DNA from: Chrysomallon squamiferum
Taxonomy: Eukaryota; Animalia; Mollusca
Direction of reading: 5' to 3'
Length of the DNA: 64,000 nt
NCBI GenBank assembly: GCA_012295275.1
Contig: CM022671.1
Span: 28,024,001-28,088,000 of the forward strand
Of the stretch, positions 26,014-39,161 are shown one piece after another. The position numbers and the translations under genes were made by a program. The number at the start of each line of letters is the position of its first letter. Position 1 is the first letter of the stretch. The notes under the pieces were generated by a model. It had not been told where the DNA came from. It saw only the letters and a list, made by a program, of their open reading frames with translations, and did no database searches.

Positions 26014-26637
26014 TTATTTATTTTGTTCTTTCCAAGCCTTCCCCAGCACTGCTGTTAACACTCCTACAAAAACACCAGTTATAACGAAAGTAACAATTCT
26101 AGTTTGTCGTATGTCTTTTAATTCTTGATTCCATTTGTCTTCAAACTCTTTAAAATTTTGTTTTCTTTTTCTAATATCTGAATAATGCATTCTGTAAAAT
26201 TCGTCAAAATTGTAGGTACTTGTTCGTCCTGTGGGGATAGGTCCCCGTTTCTTGAAAACCGAAGGGCCTGTTTTGGGAACATTACTATCTGAAAAAGTAG
26301 GCCTTTGACCAAGTCCTTGATCATAAAGTCTTCTCTTCCGAACATTTCCTAAAATTTCATATGCCTCTGCTACATCAGAGAATAATTTATCTGTTTGGGC
26401 ATTTTTATTCACATCTGGGTGATACATTTTTGATCTCATGTAGTATGCAGTTTTAATTTGACCTTGTGTTGCATTGACAGGAATTCCAAGGACGTCATAA
26501 TAATATGTTTTCGATTTTGTTGCATAGCGTTCATGCATTATAACTTGTGGAAGTCTTGTGGGAAGTATTCCAAGCAGTCCATCCGAAAAATGAGCAAGCA
26601 ATCTATGCTTTGACAACACAAAAATTCGGTTTGTCAT
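26014..26637 (-). CDS. DNAJC30: DnaJ homolog subfamily C member 30 (WBSCR18), mitochondrial J-protein, single exon, 207 aa
   Basis: Presequence-like N-terminus, J-domain (YYDVLG..IKTAYY..SKMYHPDVN..F..VAEAYEILG...R.LYD), FDEFYRMHY motif typical of DNAJC30, and a C-terminal hydrophobic helix. Intronless and divergent from BUD23, as in vertebrates. Confidence 0.92.
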   Translation of the reverse strand: MTNRIFVLSKHRLLAHFSDGLLGILPTRLPQVIMHERYATKSKTYYYDVLGIPVNATQGQIKTAYYMRSKMYHPDVNKNAQTDKLFSDVAEAYEILGNVRKRRLYDQGLGQRPTFSDSNVPKTGPSVFKKRGPIPTGRTSTYNFDEFYRMHYSDIRKRKQNFKEFEDKWNQELKDIRQTRIVTFVITGVFVGVLTAVLGKAWKEQNK

Positions 26638-27110
26638 GTCAACTTGTTAATTTCGTTTTCACTGCTACTGCTAGTACGTCAATATGCATTAGTAAATACA
26701 ATTAATATCATAAAATATTTGTTTTGGATTTAGCTAATTTGTTGTCAATTTTCTTTTCAACAAGCCCCTCATAATTAAAAGCACCAGAATGTTCTAACAT
26801 AGCTAAAATAATGAACAAGTGTTATCCGATAACAGATGTTAAATGTGCATAACCGGATGTGTCATTTGTTAGTTTCGCAGATCATATAAAAGCATGATCG
26901 AAAATAATAACGAAACTAATGAAAATAAGATTGTTTAACTATAGAAAATGAAATAGTTTAGTTTTATTTTCAGAATATTAAATATACAGTCAAGGACTAC
27001 ATATATATTTATAATTTACTAATATGATTCTGATCCTGTGAATATAAAATATTTGTACTAATGTTTATAGTACGATAAAAGATACATTTGTAGAAATCTA
27101 ATTTACAAAA
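26638..27110. promoter_or_regulatory. Putative bidirectional promoter shared by DNAJC30 and BUD23
   Basis: Only 473 bp separate the divergent ATGs. Contains an ETS-type ACCGGATGT (26852-26860) and a palindrome TGTTATC-C-GATAACA (26820-26834). Confidence 0.7.
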
Positions 27111-27464
27111 ATGGCATCTTCAGGAAGGCCAGAGAAACAGGCACCCCCTGAAATTGTACGTTTAAAATCATTACAAAAGATTATAGTGATTCCTATTTTA
27201 TTTGACATCAAATATATGAAATAGTTATTTTATTTTTATTCTTTATTTTAGTACTATGGCGAAGACGAAGCAAGGAAATACACATCAAAGTGAGTGTGAT
27301 TTCCACGTGCCTCTTCAAAAATAAGGAATAGTAACTGAAAAGATGCGAAATTACAATTACTGTTTCATTATTTTTAAATGTTTTCTTTGTTTAATATATA
27401 ATTTTAAATTTCACTTAATGTAAAAATTGGTTAATATTGAATATTTATTTATCAGAGCTTTATT

Positions 27465-27540
<76 letters not shown>

Positions 27541-29874
27541 ATTATTATTATTATTATTCCAAAAATCCTTTAAATTAATAAAATAGGATTATGCATGTTG
27601 TTGGGTTTTTTTAAAAAAATTTATTTATTTATTTATTTATTTTGTAATAACATAAAATGGTAAATTAATACTGTCATATAATTTTAAAACGTTTTGATCA
27701 AACATGTAGGGATAAAAAGTTACCAGCCAGTGAAAGATTTATTTGTATATTTATTTTAAATGCTATTTTATTATTACACATGTACTCTGTATTTATTTTT
27801 AAGTACTCATATGATAGAAATTCAGCAGCAGCTGTCACAACGAGCAATAGAACTCCTAGCACTTCCAGAAGATACTCCATGTTTTATTTTAGATGTTGGG
27901 TAAGTCTAATTCATACTTTCACACAGTACAAGATTTCCAGTTATTTTAGTATCCAGGTTTAATGTTGAGATTAATTGTTGATACCTGGTTCATATCTATA
28001 TCTGTTTTGATGTTAGGATTAGATTTTAGCTTGTTTCAAGTACATGGGCAGTTGGTGTTTGAGACTTTTTGGGAATATTTTACATTTCTAATTGGTTTAG
28101 TTAAATAATAATTCTACATGCTGAAGTCTTTATCATTTTCAACATCATACATGATTTACTTTACTGTACTTGTAAATATGATCATGACTTGTGACTGTTT
28201 GACACAATAAGATTCAACACTTTTTATTGGAAAATTCCTTTTCTACCTACTTTTCTGGATCATTATCATTATTATTATTTATTTATTTATTTATTTATTT
28301 TTATTTTTATTTTTATTTTTATTTTTATTTTTATTTTTATTTTTATTTTTATTTTTATTTTTTTATTTTTTTATTATTATTATTATTTTACTATCTGGTT
28401 TTTTTTATATATATATATATATATATTCCTTTATCCATTTCTATTCTGGTCTACAAAATACAGAAATGTTTGCCATTTTTTGAATTTAAATAACAATTAG
28501 TTTCTAATTTGTTTTGCAGCTGTGGCTCAGGACTCAGTGGTGAGTGTCTCACAGAATTAGGTCACATCTGGGCTGGAATGGATATCAGTTCTCACATGTT
28601 AGGTAATAATCACTTGCCTTAACATATTACAGAATGAATTAAATATTATTTCATTACAATGTTTACTATTTCAGCTCTGTTATGGAAACCCATCAGAACT
28701 TTTATTATTTCAGTTCTTGAATTTCCCCTTCATTTTGGTGTTTTAATCAGAAGCCAGGAAGTTAAAAAAAAAAAGATTAGAAAAGTAATAATTCACATTT
28801 AACCTTTTTATTTGTTTTATTTTGAAACTTAAATTTAAAAGTGTTATTCATCATTTATAATTTAAAAAAATACATACCTTTTTATATCTTAATAATAATA
28901 ATAGTAATAATTTTACTGTTGTTGTTGTTATTAAATAATATATGTATGTATATAGTGTTTTGTGCATGTAATTTGTTGTATTTAGATGTTGCTGTGGAGA
29001 GAGAAGCAGAAGGGGACCTCATTTTGTCAGACATGGGCTATGGAGTTCCTTTCAGACCTGGCACTTTTGATGGTGTTATTAGGTAAATAACACCAAACCT
29101 TTTATCAACATTCTGTTTATGATCTGATATTTAGAATTTTAGTATCAACTTGTTACACATAACAGTAAATAAGTTCTCTTTAAAAACAAAATTAAAATAA
29201 AATAAAATAAAATGTCTACCCAATATTATGAATAAATAAAGGGAAATAACCTGTTCATTCTCCAGTGCTTAAAATGATTTGAAATTACTGTGTCAATTGT
29301 GAAAAGTTATTTTAAATATCTGTAATTTACTTAAAATTAGATGTGATAAAAAGAGAGTAACTTTATTTCTTCTCCAGTATTTCAGCTCTGCAGTGGCTGT
29401 GTAATGCAGATAAAAGATTTCATCATCCTCCCAGAAGATTATACAAATTTTTCAGCACGTTGTATGCAGCAATGGTATGTTGAACTCCATGTAATTATTA
29501 ACATAAATATTTTTCTGTGGTGTAATAATATATGTTTAAATATGCTCACAGAAGCTAAAACTTAAGAATATGCATTATCTTCTGTTTTTCTTCTGTAGCA
29601 TATATGTACATTGTGATCATACATTTACAAATGAACAATTTTTTCTTTATATGCCCGTTAGATATTTATTTATTGCTACTTAATTATTCCTTTACTGCTT
29701 AATTCTGTAATTTCAGATTTGTTTGAAAACAGTATGAATAAAATGCCTTTGCATTAACATATATTCTTTGTTTCATTATTACCAGACAGGTGCTGTGTGG
29801 TTGCTTAAGTATTTAATATTTCTTTTGTTTAATTTGATCTAGCGACAGCTTATTTTATTTCTGTATAAACAATA

Positions 29875-29919
<45 letters not shown>

Positions 29920-32026
29920 TTGATAATAATATTGATCTGATGTAGTTTCATTTTTCTTTATTGCTTTAAATATTATTAATAATAATAATACTATTAGTAT
30001 TAGTATATTTATATATTATATATTATTTATTTATTTATTAATTTTTATTATTATTATTTTATTTTTTAAGAGTAGAGGATCCCGAGCTGTCTTTCAGTTG
30101 TATCCTGAAAACAGTCAACAGCTGGAACTGATCACACAACAAGCCATGAAGGCTGGATTCTCTGGGGGTCTCGTTGTAGATTTTCCAAACAGTACAAAAG
30201 CTAAAAAGTATAGTTTAAACTTACTTAAATTGTAATCTTTAATAATAATCGAAACCAGACAAAGAGAAAGATTTAAAGTATTAATTAAAATAGTTTAAAC
30301 AGGATACATAATAAGTATTAAGAAATCATATCACTTGAAGAAATATAGTTAAAAATATTATTTTTATAAATAAATTATATATATATGTTTGTATGTGTGT
30401 ATACACACACATACAGAGAAAGATTTTGGATTTTACTTCTGGTTCAGTGTTATTTTTAAGGTTCATTTTAAAAAGAAATATTTTTTTCACCTTTGACCCT
30501 CACAGATTTCAGAAATTATTTCATCATGGCTCAGTATATAGTATTTATTACTAGAAATAAATTTTCCTGATTTAAAGATGTCAGTTTTATAATGTTAATT
30601 GATATTATCATTTATCCTGCAATTCGAAGGATTATTTGTAACTGGTATTTTAAACAGAGAATTTATTATTGCCTGTCTGAATATGGATAGTATGCATTTG
30701 GTAACCATTTTTGTCAAGTTTATCACTGAAAATAAAATTCTATTCACTCTCACATTTGGACATTTTACTGCAGTCCTGTATCTGTTCATATGGTTATTAT
30801 TTTTATTGATATTTTCAGAATGTATTTATGTTTGTTTGCTGGTGGAGTTGTTCAACAGTTACCGAAAGGTCTGGGTACAGAAGAACATGTTACTGGACAG
30901 ATTCCGTACAGCGACACTAGGTGTGTGAGACTAAGTGAACTAGTCAAGTAGTTTTCACAAATAAAATGGATAGTTTGATAATTAACCTAGATGATATAGT
31001 AATTCACTGCTAAGTGTGGTGTGATAGACTGGTTTATTTTCCTGTATGATAACTGATACATATAAATTATTCCAGTTCCAGTGGTTTATTTTTCCTTGAG
31101 TGAAATTATGTTTGTAATTTAAACTATTGCCGTATCTGAAATTGATAAACAAGTGACAAACATTTTTTTTTTTTTTTGATCATAAATATGAGTAATTATA
31201 CAATATAATCTAAAGTTATAAATAACTTTAAAAAAGATTTTAAAAAATACATATATAGATAGATATTCTTTTTTTTTTCTTTAAGCAAAATTATATTTTT
31301 GGACAATAACTATATATCTGTAGGTAGATGAAAAAAAGATATTTAAATATAATATTCTTTTTATGTTACATTACTTTATATTTAGTAGTAGAGATTGCTA
31401 ACTGAGATTGCATGGGGGGGTTTGCTTTGTTTCATTTGTTAATCTTGCTGTTTACAACATCATTTGCAAGTCAATAAGTGTTCTTATGCTGCTTGGTAAT
31501 TTTTTTAAAATAAACTTAACTGAAATGTGTGTTTAAAATTTTGATGCTTTGCTAATGATTAAAATATTGCTCAATATTACACTTGATAGGGAAAGGGTAT
31601 ATAAAATTATATATATATATGTTTATTATTTTGATTAGGAAAATCATAAACACTATTTAAAATTAAATATAAATATATATATATATAGTTGTTTTATTGT
31701 TTTGATTAGGGAAAGGATAAAAAATGCCCGAGGTAAGCCTTTGAAGAAAAGTAGAGACTGGATATTAGCAAAAAAAGAAAGAAGACGACGACAGGGAAAG
31801 TAAGGAACAGTTCTCAATTTTAAATTTTTTATTGCCACTTATTTAATAAAAATAACTAAAAGTTTACAAAAGATAAATAAATTTTGATTTCCTCATTTAT
31901 TAATGTTTATTTCTTTTAATAAAAATGTTCTTAACATTACAGTTATTATTTCATTATTAATTTGTTTGCAGGGAAACGAGAAAAGATACAAAATACACAG
32001 GAAGACAAAGGAAGCCACATTTTTAG
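27111..32026 (+). CDS. BUD23: 18S rRNA m7G methyltransferase BUD23/WBSCR22, 279 aa
   Basis: Exons 27111-27155, 27252-27289, 27804-27899, 28520-28602, 28986-29082, 29378-29474, 30071-30207, 30819-30920, 31710-31799, 31972-32026 (840 nt, in frame). Motifs [98 protein letters not shown]. Confidence 0.97.
27471..27558. repeat. (AT)n followed by (ATT)n microsatellite in BUD23 intron 2
   Basis: Direct observation. Confidence 0.9.
28270..28390. repeat. (TTTA)n/(TTTTTA)n low-complexity tract in BUD23 intron 3
   Basis: Direct observation; it explains the spurious FYFYFY ORF. Confidence 0.9.
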
Positions 32027-32066
32027 ACTGTTTGGGAGGAGTTGGATTATTTTTTTCATTTTATAA

Positions 32067-32072
32067 AATAAA
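32067..32072 (+). promoter_or_regulatory. BUD23 polyadenylation signal AATAAA
   Basis: 40 nt after the stop codon, followed by a T-rich stretch. Confidence 0.55.
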
Positions 32073-35000
32073 GACATAATTACACTTTTCGTTCATTATT
32101 AACCAAAGTCAGTGGGATGTACTTTTCTACCTCCTCGTAAAGCGAAACCTTTATAATATATTGATTGTTAATCTTGCTCCTAAATCCTTTGACTAAAATT
32201 TATAAGAATAAAAACTTTAAAGAGAATAATAAAATAACACAACACTTAATAATGAAAGAAGTAAATTTATTTTTCATGATTTAATGTGGTACTACTTGGT
32301 CCACATGTACCGATGTTTGTCTGAAAGACAACATCATACTAACTATAAATGACAACTACATATACTCATTGCAAGTTTCTGGTTAAATGTACACTACATA
32401 ACGAAAAAGAACAAATTGTTAACAGAAATAGTTTCAGTTTTTAATACAAAACTTTAAAAATTCCACTGAAATTTTAAAACATATTCCTTTAATTTTAGTT
32501 TTTAAAAAGGGTGAACATCAGATTAAATAAATAATGGCTTGTCTACATTATTAATTTATCATGATTCAGATAATTTTTTAAATTATTCTTATTTTTAAAT
32601 TTTATCAAATTTTTTATTTCAAAATCTGATTGTGTTTTTAGTTTAAGTTATAAATATGTTACAATTTTTTTTGGTGTTTTTTGTTCTTTCATTTTATTTT
32701 TTTGACCTTTTAAAAGTAAGATATAACAGTGGCCTATAAATAAATAATGTGTTTGTTCTAAATTTACTTTGACATTTAACATACAATGTTTATAGTTAAA
32801 ACTGAACAATCTAATTTTCTTCATTGACAAAAATGTCAGTTTAATGTATTTTTCTGTTCGGCTAAAAATATAAAGAGAAAAAGATAAACACATTCATACA
32901 TTACAATTTTATGAGATCAATGACATCAAAATCAATACACATATAACAGTTTAAGGGGGAAAAAAAATGCAGTGAAAAGTAATAACAGTAAAATGAACCA
33001 TTTTCTGTTATGTACTTCCCACCAAAATATTAGGAGCACAGTGAAGAAATGTGAGGGGTTTTGTTAATGCTTATTGGCGTATACATATAAACTGCTACTT
33101 ATGGCTCAGAGTTCTTAAATATCATTCAGTCAAAACTGTCCACACTGGTTACAAATCATTAAAAAAAAAAGAAAAAAAAGAACTAAAAATAAATATAGCA
33201 TTTACTGCACACATATGTTTTTACTGTTAAGACAAATGGCTAGAATTAATGATTTGAGAATAAAAAAGTTATATCTTTTAATGTTATAGGTAAATTTGTT
33301 TTTAAAGTTTTTTTATAACCTATTGATATTTAGCACAGCTTCAGCAGTTAAACTATTTTATTACCAATAGTTCTGTGATCTCAGCATGTTTTGTTAGAGT
33401 AAGAAGTGTATGTAAGCTATTTTTAGAGACCCATTAAAATCATGAAACCATCTACAGACAGATCTGACTGAATGTATCAATAGCACCAGAGAGTACAAAA
33501 AGTGCATAAGTCATTTAGATAAGGAGAAAAGGAAAAAAAATAAAGTAAAAAATTACTAAAAGCCAATATGTATTCTAAAAACTATCTAACTTCATTTATA
33601 TAATACATTTTTAAAATATATTCTACAAAGCTGGAAATATCACCTATTATATATATACATATACATAAGAGCAGAAAATTATACATTATTTTTTAATACA
33701 ACTACTGATAGAAATGACCAGATTACAAGATGAAGATGATTGACAAATTATTCTGTGATGAACATGTTACCCTTGTTTTCCTTAAATAAATCTACTTTCA
33801 CTTTTCTACAACTAACATCCAGTATACAGTGATAACTAGAATTAAAACATTCTACAGCAGTAAATATTTTCAAAGTAATGCTACAGAAATACGATGTAGT
33901 TAATGGCACCATGATGTATGCAAATAATCAGACAATGTACACAAAAATATGACATTACTGGACTTCCATACTTTAACTTGTTTGTGGAATGTTGTGTGTG
34001 CACTCACTCCGTTCATGTGCATTATTAATTATTTACCCATTCAAGATGAAACACAATCCTAATACCGCTAGACCCGCTTAGTAATGTAGATGAGGTTTTA
34101 ATTATGACAACACAATATGACATACTACCTAATTAATTTTTGTTTTTACACTGACACAAACACCCTAAATAGTGAGTTCTTTATTAATGTGAGATATTTT
34201 TTTTAATTTTAAATTGTAACAATTCATCCCTATTTACATTTGTTTTTGTTTTTTTTGAAATTTTGTTTCGTAAATAAAATTGAAAACTTATAAAATGTAT
34301 TGAACAATTGGTGCATGTCGGTCTACATTGTATACAAACTAACCAGAGAGGACAGTGAAATGTTGATTTTGTGTATTACAGAGTGAAACCCTAAATACAC
34401 TGAAAGCAAAATAATGAAAAGTTAGTTTAGTTTGTTTGAGAAAATAGTTAAAACCTGTTCAGTATTAATATCTGGAAAATGTCAGTCAAACTGTATGTTT
34501 TCCTGTACATTAGTTTAATAAGTCTCTTTCCTATATTGATTTCTTTTTTTTACTTCAGTTGATGTGTAAAATGATACTCGTATCTTGTTATGTATTACAA
34601 TTTAGAAAAAATATGAAAAAATCCACAGAGTTTGTCTTGAAATTATTATCACCTTCAGTTCTTGTGCTAAGCTGATTTGAACATAAATTTTATATATACA
34701 TATACACACACATAAAACAGTTATGAAAAACTCACAGAATAAATCTATATTTTAATTCACAAGTACATTTTCTTTTTTCTTATGTTAATGAAATAAATGA
34801 CTACATTTTGCAATTATAATTACATGGTAAACTGGTTAAGCAGATGTTCATAACAGTTTTGACAACTAACTCATTTCCCAGTGTATTTGAGTATTTCCAG
34901 TTATAATGAAATTACACAACAACCTCCATCACTGTCTATTTATTTCTTGTTACATACCGTAGGTTAATGTTGTAGGGTTTTGCAGATGTAGAGAAAAATG

Positions 35001-36474
35001 GTAAAATAAAAACTGAACTTAATTCTGTTGTATAACATACTGTTACAGAGCCAGTTTTTTAATGTTTATTTACAAGTTTATTATAAAGATTAAAACAATA
35101 ATAAAAATAAAAATAAATAAAAATCAATTAATAAGTGAATTATATTTATATGCAAGCTTCATTTAAACCTAATATAACCTTTTTTTTTTTATTTATTTTT
35201 TTTAATTTTTTTTATTTTTTAAATTCTCTTTGGCAAAATTTCAGCAGATGATCAAAATTAACTTAATAATGTCCCATTAAAATCTGAATGAGTATGTTAT
35301 TAATAAGGAAGTCTTTCCACAGATTATTACTATATATCACCTAATATCTATGATTCAGTGCATAGTTAGGTCAACATAAACAACACCTACTGATACAAAA
35401 TGTATGCTAAAGGAAGTATCTTTTCAAATGTAAGTAGACAAAAACATGATTTTAAACATTGGCAGAAAAGGGATAGAGCTTCATAAAACTGGAATGAAAA
35501 GTAAATGAAAACAGTTATGAGCATATTTATCAATATTAAATACATTATTATCTTGACATACTGAAAAATAAAAAATAAAAATGTAATAAACATATCACTG
35601 AATTCCTTACAAAATACTGAATGTTGGCAGAAATTAATTTGGCATAAGTTATTTTCAGATTGAAGCCTTATTTTGTGAAATTATTGTACAAAAGCCTTGT
35701 GTTTACAAAACAATGGCTTCATAATCATAAAAGAAAACTGAAGCGATTATACAATAACCTGTGAATAAAGGTAACTTTTGAATAAAAAATCTTCTATGTA
35801 AAAACGTTAATAACTTATTTGTGGCCTTAGTTATCTTAGATAGAAGTTTTCTACACAATAATAATAATAATAATAATAGTCTTTATAAAATTAATAAAAT
35901 TAAATATTTCATTGTAAATTTGTCAGTATGAATGTATTTACAGAAAATTCATACAATGGACATCAGTGTAAATTCACTGTTACATGCATTTGGATAAAAA
36001 ATTACATCAGTAACCTTTATAATAAACCTTGTTTGAAATAAACAATATTTTTACCACTGTAGATTGTATTTGTATTGAAAACGGAAAATAATCAAAACTT
36101 GTTATAATGAATTTGAACTTTATTTTTGAAAATTATCTTCCTTATTTAAAATATTGCTATATCTGAAATGGCTAAGCAGGTAACAAAAACGTTATTTGTT
36201 TATTCATAAATAATTATACAGTAATAAATATTATAAAGTATTAAACAACATTTTACTTCTTTGTTTGGAATTGAAGATAAATTTTTTTTTCTGTTTTTGA
36301 AATCTAAATACCAAAGAATTATAATAAATAAAACAGAAACAGTGTCGTTTCATCTCTAACCAAAACACAAATATGACAAAATTTTAATATTTTCCACAAT
36401 TCTTAATAAATAACTGGAAACTATGGCAACAAGCAGCAGTGCAAGAAATGGTTGATGGATGAGATTGGCTGCCA

Positions 36475-36552
36475 TTACCCGAAAACTCCACCAAATGTTG
36501 AAGCAATGACAACAGCCAATATAATAAGACAAATAATAATTGCTATCTTCTT
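36475..36552 (-). CDS. STX1A: Syntaxin-1 alternative terminal TM exon C (distal): [25 protein letters not shown]
   Basis: TTTTCTTTTGCAG|AAG AAG ATA GCA..., 78 nt including TAA, phase 0. Confidence 0.9.
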   Translation of the reverse strand, partial: KKIAIIICLIILAVVIASTFGGVFG

Positions 36553-39129
36553 CTGCAAAAGAAAAGCAAAACAAAATATTTAAATATTTTATATAACTTA
36601 GATGTTTATATACATACTACACACATTTATTCATATCAATTTTAATGTAAAATTTCAATATCAAGGAGGAAAAATGTATTTAAAAATGCTTTCTAATGTG
36701 CAAGCTACATTTTAAAAATAGAAATGTGTAAATTGAACTAAAATTTAAGAAAACTGTGTTGAAAATTCACTACAATACAAGCAAAATGTGCTGAATAACA
36801 ATAATATATTTAATTCACTGCTGTTTTTACATGAACTGCAGTGGTATTCAAACAGTGTGTATTATTTACCGACGTGAGTTGTCAGTTTATTTCTTCTTTT
36901 TTCTCTTCACATTTCCAAATTTATAGTTAATACTTTATTAGTTTTTTAATATCCTTGATATCTTTTAAAATAATTTTTGTGGATTACTGGTTAATCAATT
37001 TATAATCAACGTCATTCTATTCAATACACAAAGCTTACTAAATTAAATTTTTGTTAGAACGACAATAATAAGCTCTTTAAATGTTAATAGCTTTACCTAC
37101 TTCACAAAAAATATAATTTAGATTAAAAATAAAATAATAATAATAATAATAAAAAATAAAATCAATATCACTTGAAGTTAATGAATTTTTTTGAGATATT
37201 TTGAACTTTTTTTTTAGGTAATACTAATAGCTTCAGTCAATATTTTCCACTCACCAGTTTGTGCTTCAGAATTTCCTGTGTGAAAAATTTGAACAATCTA
37301 TGATATCAGACTACCATCCATCTTCTTTCAGATTTGTCTAACTGCATCACCAGCAAACAAAGTGTACCCTCAACTTTGTCATTTAAAAAGTGATTTTTCA
37401 ATTTCACACAGCTAAATTATGACTTTCATAAAAACCTTTTCACAAAAACTGGAAATTTTTTCAACTCTCATTCAAATTAACTGAATTGGGAGTTTTCACA
37501 ATTACCATTTTACAGAAGCGAATGTGGAATTTTCATAATAACCGTAGCACAGCAATATAACTTAGGAATTTTCAATCATATATTTGAAGATAATTATGAA
37601 TATATTATTCTGTTTAAACAATAACATATCTTTTGACACACATAAATTCTTTCTTCTAGTTGTGATTTTTTGTTTATTATTACTATTGTGGTATTAAAAA
37701 AATATATACGTATACAGTTATAAGCATCTGTCGGTACTAAACAGCAACCATTTATAAAACCATATTCTACAACAACAAATTTTTATATTAATAATGAAAG
37801 TAGATTTATTTTCTTCTGGTGTGTAGTACAAATTCCACCTCCTGCTGGTAGGTTAGTTAATGATACATTATACACAACAAAACTACCACAAACAGATTGC
37901 TAACAACTAAAATTCCTCTTACACTTATTTATTTTCATAACAATGCTTAGTCAATATTCTACCAATATTTTAATCAAATTTAAATATGTATCATCTAACT
38001 CTATTGTGGCTCTTTAATACAAGTGATAGTGGTAATAGTAATAATAATAATAATAATTTCTGATGAATGTTTCAATGAAAAATTACAAATGTTGTGAACA
38101 AACATGTCTGAACGAAATGTAGCTAAAAGAATCAATGTCTATGATTTTGTGATTCATGAATACATTTTTACTTTTTAAAATTTATTATTATTATTTTTTT
38201 TTTTTTTATTAGTGTCTTTAACATTATAAATATATGCAGGAATTACACAACTGGTTAGTTGTTTTAATGAAGAGACATCTTTTTTTTTTATGTGCAGCAA
38301 TTAAATTGTACTTTCGATGATAATAAATAATCCAAATACATTTTACATACTTCTACTTAATTTTTTAAATTATGTTGTTGTTGTTGTTTCTGTCAACATA
38401 TTTTTGCTACTGATCATTTTTTGGTTGTAATGAAGATAGCCTTTTTTATGTGAAGGAATCAAAGTGTATGTTTGAATAATTAATCCAAATATATTTAATA
38501 TCTTTCTAACTTCTTTTTTTTTTTCTCTTAACAAATCTTTCATAAAAAAAAAAATAAAAAAAGTATTTTACAATAATAATAAAAAAGACAGTGAGACTGA
38601 CATGTTTCTGTCAACATATTTTTGCTACTGATCATTTTTTGGTTGTAATGAAGATAGCCTTTTTTATGTGAAGGAATCAAAGTGTATGTTTGAATAATTA
38701 ATCCAAATATATATAATATCTTTCTAACTTTTTTTTGTTTTTCTCTTAACAAATCTTTCATAAAAAAAAAAAGATAAAAAAAAGTATTTTACAATAATAA
38801 TAAAAAAGACAGTGAGACTGACATGTTTCTCTTGTTTTTGGATAAAATGTTTTTGGATAAATCAAATCAGAAAACTAATAGATAAAACGTTTTAATCACA
38901 TACTAAGTCTGTCAAGTTTATTTTACCTTGGTCTTCACTGAACGTCATAATGGAAGAAAAAATGTCACCCTCCATGTTATTTTTTATTTTGTTTATTCTG
39001 TTATTAGGAAATACTCATTGCAATTAACAAATAAAACAACAAAATGGAATTATACAAAAATGTATTTTGGATCTTTTATGGCTACAACTGAGGTACATTT
39101 TAAACAAAAGACTCCAGTGGACCAGTTTG

Positions 39130-39161
<32 letters not shown>

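Noticed and set aside
30920-31150. Possible intronic snoRNA in BUD23
   Set aside because: No convincing box C/D pair with terminal stem and no H/ACA hairpins seen.
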